A DNA stretch of 64,000 bases from contig CAVTNB010000001.1 of NCBI GenBank assembly GCA_963736005.1, positions 1,991,379 through 2,055,378 on the forward strand, in the 5' to 3' direction. The DNA is from an uncultured Pseudomonadota bacterium (GTDB taxonomy: Bacteria; Vulcanimicrobiota; Vulcanimicrobiia; Eremiobacterales; Eremiobacteraceae). Position numbers and translations under genes: made by a program. Under the pieces are notes generated by a model. It did no database searches, was not told where the DNA came from, and was given only the letters and a program-made list of their open reading frames with translations. Below are positions 20,763 to 30,854 of this stretch, piece by piece; the first letter of the stretch is position 1; each line of letters starts with the position of its first letter.

Positions 20763-22472
20763 GTGAGTGTAAAAAAGAGCAAAACCAACGGCACGCCAGC
20801 CAACGGCGAAGCAAACCTAGGGACCAAAGGCAAACTCGCCGGTAAAGAGCTATGGCAAGAGCAGTTCGACACCGCTCCAAAGCGGGCCGGCGCGAACGAT
20901 CGCACGATTTCCGATCACCCCTCAAGCCGATGTACGGGCCCGAGGATCTCGCGGGCTCGACTACGATCGCGATCTTTCGTATCCAGGCCAGTATCCGTAC
21001 ACGCGCGGCATCCATCCGACGATGCATCGCGGCCGGCTGTGGACGATGCGCCAGTTCGCAGGCTTCGGCAACCGCCAAACAGACCAACGAACGCTATAAG
21101 TTCTTGCTATCGGCAAGGGCAGACCGGATTATCGGTCGCGTTCGACATGCCCGCGCTCATGGGATATGACTCCGACCATCCGCGCGCACTTGGCGAAGTC
21201 GGCAAGTGCGGCGTCGCGATCGCGACCTTGCAAGACATGCAAGATCTATTCGCCGGCATCGACCTTGGCTCGATCACGACCTCAATGACGATCAACTGCA
21301 CCGCGCCCGTGGCGCTTGCGATGTACATCGCGACCGCCGAGGCGCAGGGCGTGTCGCAAGAGCGACTCGGCGGCACCATGCAGGCCGACATGCTCAAAGA
21401 GTACATCGCGCAGAAGGAGTGGATCTACCCGCCCGAGCCCTCGATGCGCATCATCACCGACATGATGGCGTATTGCGCCAAACACGTGCCGAAGTGGAAC
21501 ACGATCTCCATCTCGGGCTACCATATCCGCGAAGCAGGTTCGACCGCCGCGCAAGAGCTCGCGTTCACCCTGGCTGACGGCTTCGCGTACGTCGAAGCCG
21601 GCATCGCGGCCGGTATGGACGTCGACGAGTTCGCACCGCGTCTGTCGTTCTTCTTCAATTCGCATTCGGACTTCTTCGAAGAGATTGCCAAGTTCCGCGC
21701 CGCGCGCCGCATCTGGGCGCGTCACATGCGCGAGAAGTACGGCGCCAAAGAGCCCGCGCTCGTGGGCGCTGCGCTTCCACACGCAGACCGCTGGCTGTTC
21801 GGCGACGGCGCAGCAGCCCGAGAACAACATCATGCGCACCGCCTTCCAGGCGCTGGCGGCAGTGCCTGGGCGGCACGCAATCGCTGCACACCAATTCGCT
21901 CGACGAAGTGCTCGCATTGCCCACCAAGAAGAACGTGGCGATCGCGCTGCGGACGCAGCAGATCATCGCCTACGAGACCGGCGTGGGAACGTCATCGACC
22001 CGCTGGGCGGCTCGTACTTCGTCGAAAAGCTGACCGACGAACTCGAAGCGGCCGCCGAGGATTACTTCCGGCGCATCGACGAGCATGGCGGCGTCATCCC
22101 CGCCATCCAAACGGGTTCTTCCAGCGCGAGATCGCCGACGCCGCCTACGTCTACCAGCGCGAGATCGAAAACGGCGAGCGCATCGTGGTCGGGGTCAACG
22201 ATTTCGTGGTCGAAGAAGAGCAGCAGATCTCACTGCTCAAAATCGATCGCGCCATCGAGATCGAGCAGTGCGAGCGGGTGCAGGCCTATCGTGCCTCACG
22301 CGACGCCGGCAAGGTCGAATCGGCACTGGCCGCGTTCAAGCGCGCCGCTGAAAGCGGCGAGAACCTGATGCCGCACTATCTCAACTGCGTCAAGAGCAAA
22401 GCGACGCTGGGCGAGATATCCGAAGCGCTCGTGCCGATCTTCGGCCGCTACCGCGAGCCGGCGTTCATCTAG
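20763..22472 (+). CDS. B12-dependent acyl-CoA mutase large subunit, isobutyryl-CoA mutase-like (compensating frameshifts)
   Basis: [25 protein letters not shown] (alternative frame), [41 protein letters not shown]. Confidence 0.9.
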   Translation: MSVKKSKTNGTPANGEANLGTKGKLAGKELWQEQFDTAPKRAGANDRTISDHPSSRCTGPRISRARLRSRSFVSRPVSVHARHPSDDASRPAVDDAPVRRLRQPPNRPTNAISSCYRQGQTGLSVAFDMPALMGYDSDHPRALGEVGKCGVAIATLQDMQDLFAGIDLGSITTSMTINCTAPVALAMYIATAEAQGVSQERLGGTMQADMLKEYIAQKEWIYPPEPSMRIITDMMAYCAKHVPKWNTISISGYHIREAGSTAAQELAFTLADGFAYVEAGIAAGMDVDEFAPRLSFFFNSHSDFFEEIAKFRAARRIWARHMREKYGAKEPALVGAALPHADRWLFGDGAAAREQHHAHRLPGAGGSAWAARNRCTPIRSTKCSHCPPRRTWRSRCGRSRSSPTRPAWERHRPAGRLVLRRKADRRTRSGRRGLLPAHRRAWRRHPRHPNGFFQREIADAAYVYQREIENGERIVVGVNDFVVEEEQQISLLKIDRAIEIEQCERVQAYRASRDAGKVESALAAFKRAAESGENLMPHYLNCVKSKATLGEISEALVPIFGRYREPAFI

Positions 22473-22474
22473 CC

Positions 22475-22882
22475 GTGGCGCGCCCCATCCGTATCCTTGT
22501 CGCCAAAGCAGGGCTCGACGGTCACGACCGCGGCGCCAAGGTGATCGCGCGTGCGCTGCGCGACGCGGGCTTCGAGGTGATCTACACCGGATTGCATCAA
22601 ACGCCCGAGCAAGTCGTCGAGGCGGCGATCCAAGAGGACGTCGACGGCATCGGACTCTCGATCTTATCGGGCGCGCATCTGACGCTCTTCCCGCGCATCA
22701 AGCAGCTGCTCGACGAAGCGAACGCCGGCGACATCGTGCTCTTCGGCGGCGGAACGATTCCCAATGAGGACATCCAGCCGCTGCTCGACGCGGGCGTGGC
22801 CGCCGTGTTTACCCCCGGCACGCCCATCGCGACCATCGTCGACTTCGTGCGCCGCGAATGCGGCAAACGGGTCGAAGCGTAA
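22475..22882 (+). CDS. B12-binding small subunit of acyl-CoA mutase
   Basis: [20 protein letters not shown] motifs. Confidence 0.95.
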   Translation: MARPIRILVAKAGLDGHDRGAKVIARALRDAGFEVIYTGLHQTPEQVVEAAIQEDVDGIGLSILSGAHLTLFPRIKQLLDEANAGDIVLFGGGTIPNEDIQPLLDAGVAAVFTPGTPIATIVDFVRRECGKRVEA

Positions 22883-22896
22883 AGGGCAGCGGGTTC

Positions 22897-24466
22897 GTGG
22901 GCACGGCACCGGTCCGAGTGCGCTTCGCACCGAGTCCGACCGGCTATCTTCATGTGGGCGGCGCGCGCACAGCGCTCTTCAACTGGCTTTTCGCGCGCCA
23001 TAACGGCGGCACGTTCGTGCTGCGCGTCGAGGACACTGACAGCACCCGGTATTCGGATGAGTACGTCGACGCGATCTACCGCGCGTTGCACTGGCTCGAG
23101 CTCGATTGGGATGAGGGCCCCGACGTCGGCGGTCCGTTCGGCCCGTACCGGCAGCGCGAGCGAAACGAACGCCACCTCCAGATTGCGCGCCAACTCGTCG
23201 AACGCGGGCTAGCATATGAATGCTTTTGCGAAAACAGTGGCGCGAACTCAATCGCGCTCAACGAGACAGACGACCCCGGCGACGCGCACGTTAGCGGAGA
23301 TAATGTCGCAGGCGACCAGGCACGTGCCCGAGATAATGTAGCGGGCGACTGGCAAGTCGCCCGAAGCCAATGTTCGTGCTTGACCCTTTCAAACGAGGAA
23401 CGAGCAGCACGCCGCGAAGACAAACCACCGGCAATCCGTTTTCGCGTTCCCCCAGGTCGCGACTTTGTGGTCGACGACCTCATCCGCGGCAAGGTAACCT
23501 TTCCAGGTGAGACGCTCGGCGATTTCGTCATCGCCACGGGCGATGGGCGAGCGCTCTACAATCTCGCGGCCAGCATCGACGACAATGACATGGCAATCAC
23601 CCACGTTATTCGTGGAGAAGAACACTTGGCCAACACGCCAAAACAGCAGCTGATTTACGAGGCGATGGGTTGGAAAGCTCCGCAATTTGCTCACATTCCC
23701 ATCATCTTGAATCCGCAACGCCGCAAGCTGAGCAAACGCGACGGCGCGACCTCGCTCAACGAGTATCAGGCTATGGGGTATCTGCCCGATGCGGTGGTGA
23801 ATTTCTTGGCGCTGCTCGGTTGGTCACCCGGTGGGAACAGGGAACTTCTCCGCCGTGATGAGCTGGTTGCGGCGTTTGATCTCGATCGCGTCGTTAAACA
23901 CCCCGCCATTTTCGATACGGCAAAACTCGGCTGGCTGAACAAAGAGTACATCAAAGCCATGCCGTCTGCAGAGCTGGCCTCCCGCATCGACGCCTTGATA
24001 AGCACTGGGCGCGCAGGGGACAACTGGAAAATCACCCCAGACCAGTTGCAGAAGGTTGCTGCGTTGCTCCACGATCGCGTCAAGACGGTCGTTGAAGTTG
24101 CTCGAACTCGGTTCGTACTTTTTCACCGATGGATCCATCCAGCCAACCGAAGAAGCGATCGCCAGATATTGCGCCAACCCCGAGGTGTTGACGCGGCTCC
24201 CTGAAGTCCGAGAAGCGCTCGCCCAAGCGAGCACGTTTGAAGCACCGGATGTCGAGCGAGCAATTAGAGATCTCGCGGCAGCTAAGGCGATCAAACCGTC
24301 TGAGTACATTCACCCGTTGCGCGTTGCGGTGACCGGCCAATCGGTGAGCCCAGGAATCTTTGAAGTCTGTGCAATCTTAGGGCGCGATGTCGTGTTGAAA
24401 CGGATCGACGCGCTCGTGCGCTTTCTGAGCGGTGCAGCGTTCTCGACCGCGAAGGCGGCGCAGTAA
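22897..24466 (+). CDS. gltX: glutamate--tRNA ligase (one apparent frameshift near 24100)
   Basis: RFAPSPTGYLHVGGAR, LRVEDTD, ITHVIRGEEH, KLSKRDG; C-terminal PLRVAVTGQSVSPGIFE in next frame. Confidence 0.96.
23304..23362 (+). repeat. family D REP plus a degenerate copy, in-frame inside gltX
   Basis: TGTAGCGGGCGACTGGCAAGTCGCCC at 23337-23362; peptide DNVAGDQARARDNVAGDWQVAR. Confidence 0.87.
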
Positions 24467-25821
24467 TGGAACGCGTGCACGTTTTCGTCCTCGCGGCGGG
24501 CAAGGGAACCCGCATGAAGAGCCGCCGGCCGAAAGTGCTGCACGAACTCTGCGGCGTGTCGCTCTTATCGCACGTGCTTGAAACAGTACGGTCCTGCATT
24601 TCGGGCGACATTCGCATCATTGTCAGTCCCGAACTGCGCGAGCACGTGGAGGCGCTCGGCCATCGAGCGGTCGTGCAGGAGCCACAGTTGGGCACCGGTC
24701 ACGCCGTGCAAATGGCCTTGGCCGATCTAGCCTCTGACGCTGCACCCATCCTTATCGTTAGTGCCGATATGCCGCTCGTGCCCTGCGACTTGCTCGTTGC
24801 AGCGTGCGACACCCAGCGCGCACAGAAAGCCGCCGTCGTGCTGGGCACTGCCCGCGTACCGCTGCCTTCGGCGTTCGGTCGAATCATTCGAGATCGCGGC
24901 AAAGTGGTGGACATTGTGGAGGCTCGTGACGCGACGCCTGAACAGCTCGCGATTGACGAAGTCAATGCGGGAATCTATTGCTTCGACCAAGCCGACTTAC
25001 GACGCGCTATAGCAGGACTCAGCGCCAACAATGCGCAGCGCGAGCTCTATCTAACCGACTGCGTTACGGCTCTTGCAAGCTCCGGTAAGAAGATTGAAAC
25101 GGTCCAAGCTGCCAGTTTTGTGGATGTCATGGGCATCAACAATAGAGTTGAGCTCGCCGCTGCTCGCGCGATCATGCAGCAGCGAATTTTAGAAAGACAC
25201 ATGCTGGCCGGGGTGACCATCGTCGACCCAGCGAGTACGTATATCGACACGATGGTCACCATCGGGGCCGATACCATCATTCACCCGCAAACGCACCTTA
25301 CGGGTCGTTCGTCAATTGGCGGCGGCTGCGTCGTTGGACCCAACGCGCTTGTTGCGAACAGCTCGATAGCCGACCGCGCCGAAATTGTCCAATCGATCGT
25401 CAAAGATTCAAGCGTGGGCGAAGGTGCCACGGTTGGTCCTTTTGCCCACTTGCGCGGCAACAGCATCATCGAGTCAGACGCGCACATCGGTAACTTCGTG
25501 GAGACAAAGAACACCAAGCTGGGGCGCGGCGCAAAGGCGAGCCACCTGTCGTATATAGGCGATGCAGAGGTTGGCGAACGGGCCAATATCGGCGCGGGTA
25601 CGATCACGTGCAACTACGATGGCAAGAAAAAGAACAAGACAAAGATCGGTGCGAAGGCTTTCATCGGCTCGAACTCTTCACTGGTCGCCCCGGTGGAAAT
25701 CGGGGATAATGCCCTGACGGGCGCAGGCTCGGTCGTTTTGCACGACGTGCCGGCGGGCGAACGGGTGGCGGGCAATCCTGCGAAGGCGTTACCAAAGAAG
25801 CAAACGCTGGAACCGACGTGA
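24466..25821 (+). CDS. glmU: bifunctional UDP-GlcNAc pyrophosphorylase / glucosamine-1-P acetyltransferase
   Basis: LAAGKGTRMKS, QLGTGHAV, ELYLTD, HLSYIGDA, NYDGKKK. Confidence 0.98.
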   Translation: MERVHVFVLAAGKGTRMKSRRPKVLHELCGVSLLSHVLETVRSCISGDIRIIVSPELREHVEALGHRAVVQEPQLGTGHAVQMALADLASDAAPILIVSADMPLVPCDLLVAACDTQRAQKAAVVLGTARVPLPSAFGRIIRDRGKVVDIVEARDATPEQLAIDEVNAGIYCFDQADLRRAIAGLSANNAQRELYLTDCVTALASSGKKIETVQAASFVDVMGINNRVELAAARAIMQQRILERHMLAGVTIVDPASTYIDTMVTIGADTIIHPQTHLTGRSSIGGGCVVGPNALVANSSIADRAEIVQSIVKDSSVGEGATVGPFAHLRGNSIIESDAHIGNFVETKNTKLGRGAKASHLSYIGDAEVGERANIGAGTITCNYDGKKKNKTKIGAKAFIGSNSSLVAPVEIGDNALTGAGSVVLHDVPAGERVAGNPAKALPKKQTLEPT

Positions 25822-27173
25822 TCGCGCACAATCTTGCCTGGATCATCGCCGCCGTCTGCGCGTTCATCGCAGCGGCGGTTTTCGTCTGGCAGCGCCGCGC
25901 CACAGCGCTGGCGCTCGAGCGCGCCCAGCAAGCTGAACGCAAGCTCGCTTTGCTCGGCTCAATCGCGCCTGCCTTTACGGAAGCAGCCACTGAGTCGATG
26001 CCGTTGACGTGCGAGCGCGTGGTCGAGCGCTTTAACGCACTCGTCCGGGCGCAAACGGTCTTGTGCCTCATTGCGCGTGATGGTCGGCTCGTGCTCGGCG
26101 CCAAGTCGGACTCAGGCTATGCGGGGTTCCTGCGCATTGGTGACTCGTGCGATGGCGACTCAATTCTCGATTGGGTGGAGCAAACGGGGAGGGCAGCTAT
26201 CATTGGACCGACAGGAGTTTCCATGGGCGCGGACGCTGAGGTCGTGGACCTATCGCGCGATCCGCGAGGACTTCGACTTGGCGGCCCGCTCGTGGGCAGC
26301 CGCGACCGTGTTTGGGCGTTATGCGTTCCGATGCTTCAGCAAAGGGGACGCCAACTGCGCCCAATGTTCATAGGAGCGCTCTATGCCGAGCGCAGCCACG
26401 ATGACCCATTCACGCGCGAAGAATTGTGGACCGCCACGACGATCGCTCACCTAGCCGGCGATGCGCTCCAGCGCGCGCACTTCGCCGATGAAGTGAAGCG
26501 CGAATCGGAAATCGATCAGCTCACCCAGCTGTTGAGCGCTTCCGCATTCCGCAAACGCTTGCGTCAGGAGATCGAGGCTCGCCGTCCTCTAGCAGCGACC
26601 CATGTAGCAGTGGACCATGTAGCAGCGGACCATGTAGCAGCGGACCATGTAGCAGCGGACCTTCAGGTCCGCTCCAACCAACGCCCCGACGTCGCGCTGT
26701 TCTTCATTGATACTGATAGATTCAAATTGTGGAACGATAGCTTCGGTCATGTCGTTGGCGATATGTTGCTCAAGCGTCTCGCTGACATCTTTCGTGAGGT
26801 GGCGGGCACCGGTGGTTTTGCAGGTCGCAACGGCGGCGATGAGTTCTGCATCGCCTTGCTCGACCGGACGAAGGACAACGCGATTGAGGTTGCCGAGCGA
26901 TTGCGCGAGCGGGTAGAGCGCACGGATCTGGCCGCATCGCCCGAGGGCGTTCCTTCGCCGCGCATTCCGGTCACGATCAGCATCGGGGTAGCACATTTTC
27001 CTGTCGATGTGTCAGCGACGGCAGATGCGCCCGCTGACCTGCTGTTAGAAGCAGCAGATGCTCGCATGTACGAAGCGAAGCGGGCTGGCCGCAATCGTGT
27101 GGCCTACTCGCGCACTCGCGCGTTACCGATCAAAATCCGCTATCCGGGCGAAGGCCCGATTCCCCGCCGCTAG
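25818..27173 (+). CDS. membrane-anchored GAF-GGDEF diguanylate cyclase
   Basis: N-terminal TM, DQLTQL, FKLWNDSFGHVVGD, GRNGGDEF, AKRAGRNR. Confidence 0.9.
   Translation: MIAHNLAWIIAAVCAFIAAAVFVWQRRATALALERAQQAERKLALLGSIAPAFTEAATESMPLTCERVVERFNALVRAQTVLCLIARDGRLVLGAKSDSGYAGFLRIGDSCDGDSILDWVEQTGRAAIIGPTGVSMGADAEVVDLSRDPRGLRLGGPLVGSRDRVWALCVPMLQQRGRQLRPMFIGALYAERSHDDPFTREELWTATTIAHLAGDALQRAHFADEVKRESEIDQLTQLLSASAFRKRLRQEIEARRPLAATHVAVDHVAADHVAADHVAADLQVRSNQRPDVALFFIDTDRFKLWNDSFGHVVGDMLLKRLADIFREVAGTGGFAGRNGGDEFCIALLDRTKDNAIEVAERLRERVERTDLAASPEGVPSPRIPVTISIGVAHFPVDVSATADAPADLLLEAADARMYEAKRAGRNRVAYSRTRALPIKIRYPGEGPIPRR
26601..26673 (+). repeat. four 15-bp tandem family A REP halves, the last complete, in-frame in the GGDEF domain
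   Basis: (CATGTAGCAG[C/T]GGAC)x4 then CTTCAGGTCCGCT; encodes HVAVD-HVAAD-HVAAD-HVAAD-LQVRS. Confidence 0.92.
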
Positions 27174-27768
27174 TTTTTGCTCGCGTAAAGGCGACCGCCG
27201 GCTGGCAATTGCGGCCAACACACACCGAGAGCAACGGATGCAGCTCCATGCCCTGGCTCCCGGGCACATCATAAAAGCCTACCCCGACGACGCTCAAGAC
27301 GCTTCCGGTCGAGGGCGTGAGTGTATCCAAAGCGCTCCTGACGGCGGCGATTTGGCTCGCAAAGGCACTTCCGCGCGCGCACGATGGGTCTGTAGATTCG
27401 AGCGTGATCCTCTTTCCTGTCTTATCCCTCACAATGATATGGTTGTCCAGGTCAGGTTCGGAATACGTTCTTACAACGATGACATTTTGCAGTTCATAGA
27501 CCGTCGTCTCCGCGGGAGCAGATCGCACGCCGAGTTGCACGTTGGTCAAGCCGATCCCGTCGAGTGCAGCAATCGTTGTTATTTGCGGGGTGAGATCGAG
27601 TGCGCGAGCGGCCGGATCGAGTCCAATTTTCAAGGACCAACGATATCCAGCGCACGGGGTTAAATCACCGCGCCCATCAGTCGACATGACAGGACCACCG
27701 GAGGGACTGCACGTGAGAATACCAAGAGCGACTACAACAGTAGAGATGAGTGCAGCGATCCTTCGCAT
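27130..27768 (-). CDS. hypothetical secreted/lipoprotein
   Basis: Signal peptide ending ILTC; RWSLKIGLD, GVGFYD, MELHPLL. Function unknown. Confidence 0.7.
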   Translation of the reverse strand: MRRIAALISTVVVALGILTCSPSGGPVMSTDGRGDLTPCAGYRWSLKIGLDPAARALDLTPQITTIAALDGIGLTNVQLGVRSAPAETTVYELQNVIVVRTYSEPDLDNHIIVRDKTGKRITLESTDPSCARGSAFASQIAAVRSALDTLTPSTGSVLSVVGVGFYDVPGSQGMELHPLLSVCVGRNCQPAVAFTRAKTSGGESGLRPDSGF

Positions 27769-27899
27769 CTTGAATATCTCCGTACATTCAGCTCATCCCC
27801 CAGAAGCGGCCGGTTCTAACCTCTACACCGAAATCTTAATGCTGCTTAATGCTGCTCGTAAGTGGTCGTGGACGGTCCACCCGGTACCACCTACGGTTG

Positions 27900-28012
27900 G
27901 CAGCTCTTGCCCAACGCGCAATGAGAGCAGCGGATGCAGTTCCATCCGCCGCTCCCCCCGCGAATCACAAAAGCCTACCCCAAGGACGCTGAGAACGCTC
28001 CCCACCGGAGGC
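27900..28012 (-). pseudogene. degraded partial duplicate of the 3' end of the 27130-27768 gene
   Basis: GSVLSVLGVGFCDSRGERRMELHPLLSLRVG vs GSVLSVVGVGFYDVPGSQGMELHPLLSVCVG. Confidence 0.7.
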
Positions 28013-28020
28013 TTCTGCGC

Positions 28021-28482
28021 ATGAAACGGCTGCTCTGGCTGCTCGCCATCCTCTTCGTGATCGCCGGTGTCTATCTCGCGTGGACGGAGAAATTCGAACA
28101 CCGGGCAGGCGAAGCACTGCATCAGGCTGCTCCGGCGGCACGTCAAATCGTGCCAGTGCCCGCAAAGAGAATCTTCCGAGAGATCCTTGCACACTTGCCG
28201 GTCTATGGAGCCACCAGTTCCTGGCTGGCGCGAAAATCAGGCAGCATTGTTTACTTTGGCATCGTTGCCGGTTTTGTACTTGTCTTGCGCAAGCGCAAGC
28301 CCACCACGCTCGCCGGAACGCTGTTGGTGACAGTTCTTGCAGCCGTTGCGATGTCCGCGATGGTCGAAATTCTCGAGTTCCCGGAAGAGATCAGCGACGA
28401 AATTTTCGATCTTAGTTGCGGCGCCTGCGGCGGCGTCATTGCAGGCCTGGTCGCGTGGCCTTTTGTGAAGAAGCAAACCTAA
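28021..28482 (+). CDS. VanZ-like integral membrane protein
   Basis: Four hydrophobic segments, LARKSGSIVYFG, VEILE, FDLSCGACGG. Confidence 0.55.
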   Translation: MKRLLWLLAILFVIAGVYLAWTEKFEHRAGEALHQAAPAARQIVPVPAKRIFREILAHLPVYGATSSWLARKSGSIVYFGIVAGFVLVLRKRKPTTLAGTLLVTVLAAVAMSAMVEILEFPEEISDEIFDLSCGACGGVIAGLVAWPFVKKQT

Positions 28483-28529
28483 GCGTCGCGAACCCATCTG
28501 CAAGGAGCAGGGCGCGCTTCAAAAGGCGA

Positions 28530-28901
28530 CTATGATTTTATCTTGCTAGCGCCATTCTTTGCAAGGGCCCTTCTTGCGGCTTCAGGATAGCACGAAATAA
28601 TTTCAAGCAACGCGCGCGCTGGACCATCCGGAACCGCGCGCCCCTGTTCCCACTGTTGCAATGTTCTACGGCTTAACCCATATCGGCTAGCGAATTGAGC
28701 CTGAGAGAGCCGAAGTTTCCGACGGATAGACTTCGCGTCCACCAAGGGAGAGCCGCGGATGACTTGACCGTCCGATAGATCAAACTCATGATCGCCATCT
28801 TCTTTGATGTACTGTTGGATATCGGTCTCAGTCGTCGCCCGCAGCTTGGAGCCATTGACGCGTCCATGGCGGTTATTTTTCCTCGATGAGAGCTTGCGCA
28901 T
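28530..28901 (-). CDS. XRE/HTH antitoxin (HigA/MqsA-like C-terminus)
   Basis: IRRKLRLSQAQFASRYGLSRRTLQQWEQGRAVPDGPARALL; ATG 28901 overlaps toxin 3' end. Confidence 0.88.
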   Translation of the reverse strand: MRKLSSRKNNRHGRVNGSKLRATTETDIQQYIKEDGDHEFDLSDGQVIRGSPLVDAKSIRRKLRLSQAQFASRYGLSRRTLQQWEQGRAVPDGPARALLEIISCYPEAARRALAKNGASKIKS

Positions 28902-29181
28902 ACGCCAAGCGCTCCTTCCTGCTCGCCGGGCGGGCGGAGATGATTCGGATCCGGCCACGACGAGGCGTCCAAACAATGGTAATTACGTGGCTGGCGACCC
29001 TTCCAATACTGAGGTAGCGCATTTCACTCCGAGTGATGATCGCTTTGGGTAAATAGGTTTTGCCATCAAAGATGCGCGCCGCATAACGAAAATCGAAGCC
29101 TCGATCCCGCAGAGCGCGTTCGCTTTTCGCGGAGTCCCACTCAAACTTGGGGCGGTCTCTACCGAAGTCCATTATACTCAT
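28873..29181 (-). CDS. BrnT family (DUF497) toxin
   Basis: FEWDSAKS, RGFDF, RIRIISARPASRKER. Confidence 0.9.
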   Translation of the reverse strand: MSIMDFGRDRPKFEWDSAKSERALRDRGFDFRYAARIFDGKTYLPKAIITRSEMRYLSIGRVASHVITIVWTPRRGRIRIISARPASRKERLAYAQALIEEK

Positions 29182-29205
29182 TTAGCGTACTACGTCAATA
29201 ACGTA
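29171..29205 (-). promoter_or_regulatory. TA promoter/operator candidate
   Basis: TACGT-N5-ACGTA palindrome (29191-29205) over TTGACG, 16 nt from TATAAT; this -10 overlaps the predicted toxin start, so the start is uncertain. Confidence 0.5.
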
Positions 29206-29314
29206 TCGAAAGAAAAGGCATAGTCAGAGGCGACGCCCTCCCAATGCTGTGGCATCACGCTGGCGACGGTTAGGGTAAAGGGCGGGAGGCTCCGCAGCGA
29301 CGAAGCGCGCGCGC

Positions 29315-30136
29315 ATGACGAAAACGCAAGATTACCACTATGGGGAAATGACTTGGCCGCAGATTAGGGACGCCGCCGGACAGCAGAAAGTTGCCGTCGT
29401 TCCCGTGGCCACGATCGAGGATCACGGCCTTCACCTGCCAGTCGACACCGACGTTCGGCTGTGCTGCGCGGCGTGTGACAGGGCGGTGGCGCAGATCCCC
29501 GACAAGGCCATCCTCATACCGCCGGTGATCCACGGCTACAGTCCCCACCACATGGATTTCCCGGGCGCCATTACGATCGGATGGGATACCTTCATTAGAT
29601 ACATGCTCGACGTGTGCAAGAGTCTTGTCGCTCATGGATTCAAGCGAATTCTCATTGTCAACGGTCACGGCAGCAATACCCCGTTCGTCGACATCATCGC
29701 CAGGCTCACGGTTGTCGAAACTGGCGCCCTTGCCGCAGCGGTGAATTATTGGAATGCGCCAGGCGTGCACGAGGCCGCAGAAGCGTTACGCGAATCGGAC
29801 AAAGTCGGAGGTATGAACCACGCGTGCGAGTTCGAGACTTCAATCTATCTCGCGCTGCGGCCGGATCTGGTTGACATGTCGAAAGCCGTTCGCGAGCTTA
29901 GCCACCACCCAACGAAGAACTATTGGACAGATCTGGTCGCCGGCGATGGGCCACTTGCGATGATGGAGCATTGGAGCGCGCTCTCGAACAGCGGCGTGAT
30001 GGGCGATCCAACAAAGGCAAGCGCAGAGAAGGGTGAAAAATTGCTTGCAGCAGCGGCGCTCGGACTTATCGAGCTGATCCACGAGTTGCGCGAGCGCCGC
30101 GCCGCCCACCGCGTCGACCACCACACGCCGTTGTAG
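29315..30136 (+). CDS. creatininase family amidohydrolase
   Basis: EDHGLHLPVDTD, NGHGSN, HACEFETS, GVMGDPTKASAEKG. Confidence 0.92.
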   Translation: MTKTQDYHYGEMTWPQIRDAAGQQKVAVVPVATIEDHGLHLPVDTDVRLCCAACDRAVAQIPDKAILIPPVIHGYSPHHMDFPGAITIGWDTFIRYMLDVCKSLVAHGFKRILIVNGHGSNTPFVDIIARLTVVETGALAAAVNYWNAPGVHEAAEALRESDKVGGMNHACEFETSIYLALRPDLVDMSKAVRELSHHPTKNYWTDLVAGDGPLAMMEHWSALSNSGVMGDPTKASAEKGEKLLAAAALGLIELIHELRERRAAHRVDHHTPL

Positions 30137-30249
30137 GGGGCGATTGGAGAATCGCCCCGTGCGCGAATTTACCCGGATTTATATGTAGTCTCGCAAATTT
30201 GTATGTAGTCTCGCGAATTTGTATGTAGTCTCGCGAATTTATTCGCGAG
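30132..30249 (+). repeat. mixed REP cluster: family B, then three 20-bp family C units (last complete)
   Basis: TGTAGGGGGCGATTGGAGAATCGCCCC; (TATGTAGTCTCGC[A/G]AATTT)x3 then ATTCGCGAG. Confidence 0.9.
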
Positions 30250-30252
30250 TTT

Positions 30253-30666
30253 CTAGACGCCCATCGCCTTAAGCAGAACGCGCTTCGGCCGGCGTCCATC
30301 GAACTCACCGTAATGGATGCGCTCCCACGGACCCAAGTCGAGTTTTCCATCGGTGACCGGCACGAACACCTGGTGTCCGAGCAACATGCGCTTGAGATGA
30401 GCGTCCGCATTGTCTTCGCCAGTTTGGTGGTGCCGATAATCCGGTTTGGCCGGCGCTAGCTTTTCCAGCCATTCCATGATGTCGGTCCACAATCCGGACT
30501 CGTGATCGTTGATGAAGATGCTGGCGGTGATGTGCATGGCACTGACGAGTATGAAGCCGTCACGCAACCCCGCATGGGCGCGCGCTTGCTCAACCGCTTC
30601 GGTGATGTCGAGAATCTCGTACCGCTTTTTGGTATTCATCGTGAGGTATTCGGTGTGCGTAATCAT
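30253..30666 (-). CDS. YjbQ/UPF0047 family protein
   Basis: [38 protein letters not shown]. Confidence 0.92.
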   Translation of the reverse strand: MITHTEYLTMNTKKRYEILDITEAVEQARAHAGLRDGFILVSAMHITASIFINDHESGLWTDIMEWLEKLAPAKPDYRHHQTGEDNADAHLKRMLLGHQVFVPVTDGKLDLGPWERIHYGEFDGRRPKRVLLKAMGV

Positions 30667-30854
30667 GAAAATGGCTTCGGGAACGCGAACGTGGCTGACC
30701 TCCGCACAGCGGTGATATTGCTCGGAGGACTGAGTATTTTTTGGGGGAAGCTTCGGGCCGTATGAGGCGTCCGGTGGCTGTTAGCCGTCGGACGTGTTGA
30801 GCGTTTTTGGTTTCGTTGCTTTGGGAGTTAGGCTTCAAGAGGCCGGAGGTTCTT

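Noticed and set aside
15980..24110. Pseudogenisation or programmed frameshifting of pheT, infC, rplT, gltX
   Set aside because: Genes are essential, indels are many and clustered, and sequences are otherwise conserved; sequencing error is far more likely.
29315..30136. Mycofactocin peptidase MftE / RiPP cluster
   Set aside because: Creatininase fold only; no precursor peptide or radical SAM gene nearby.
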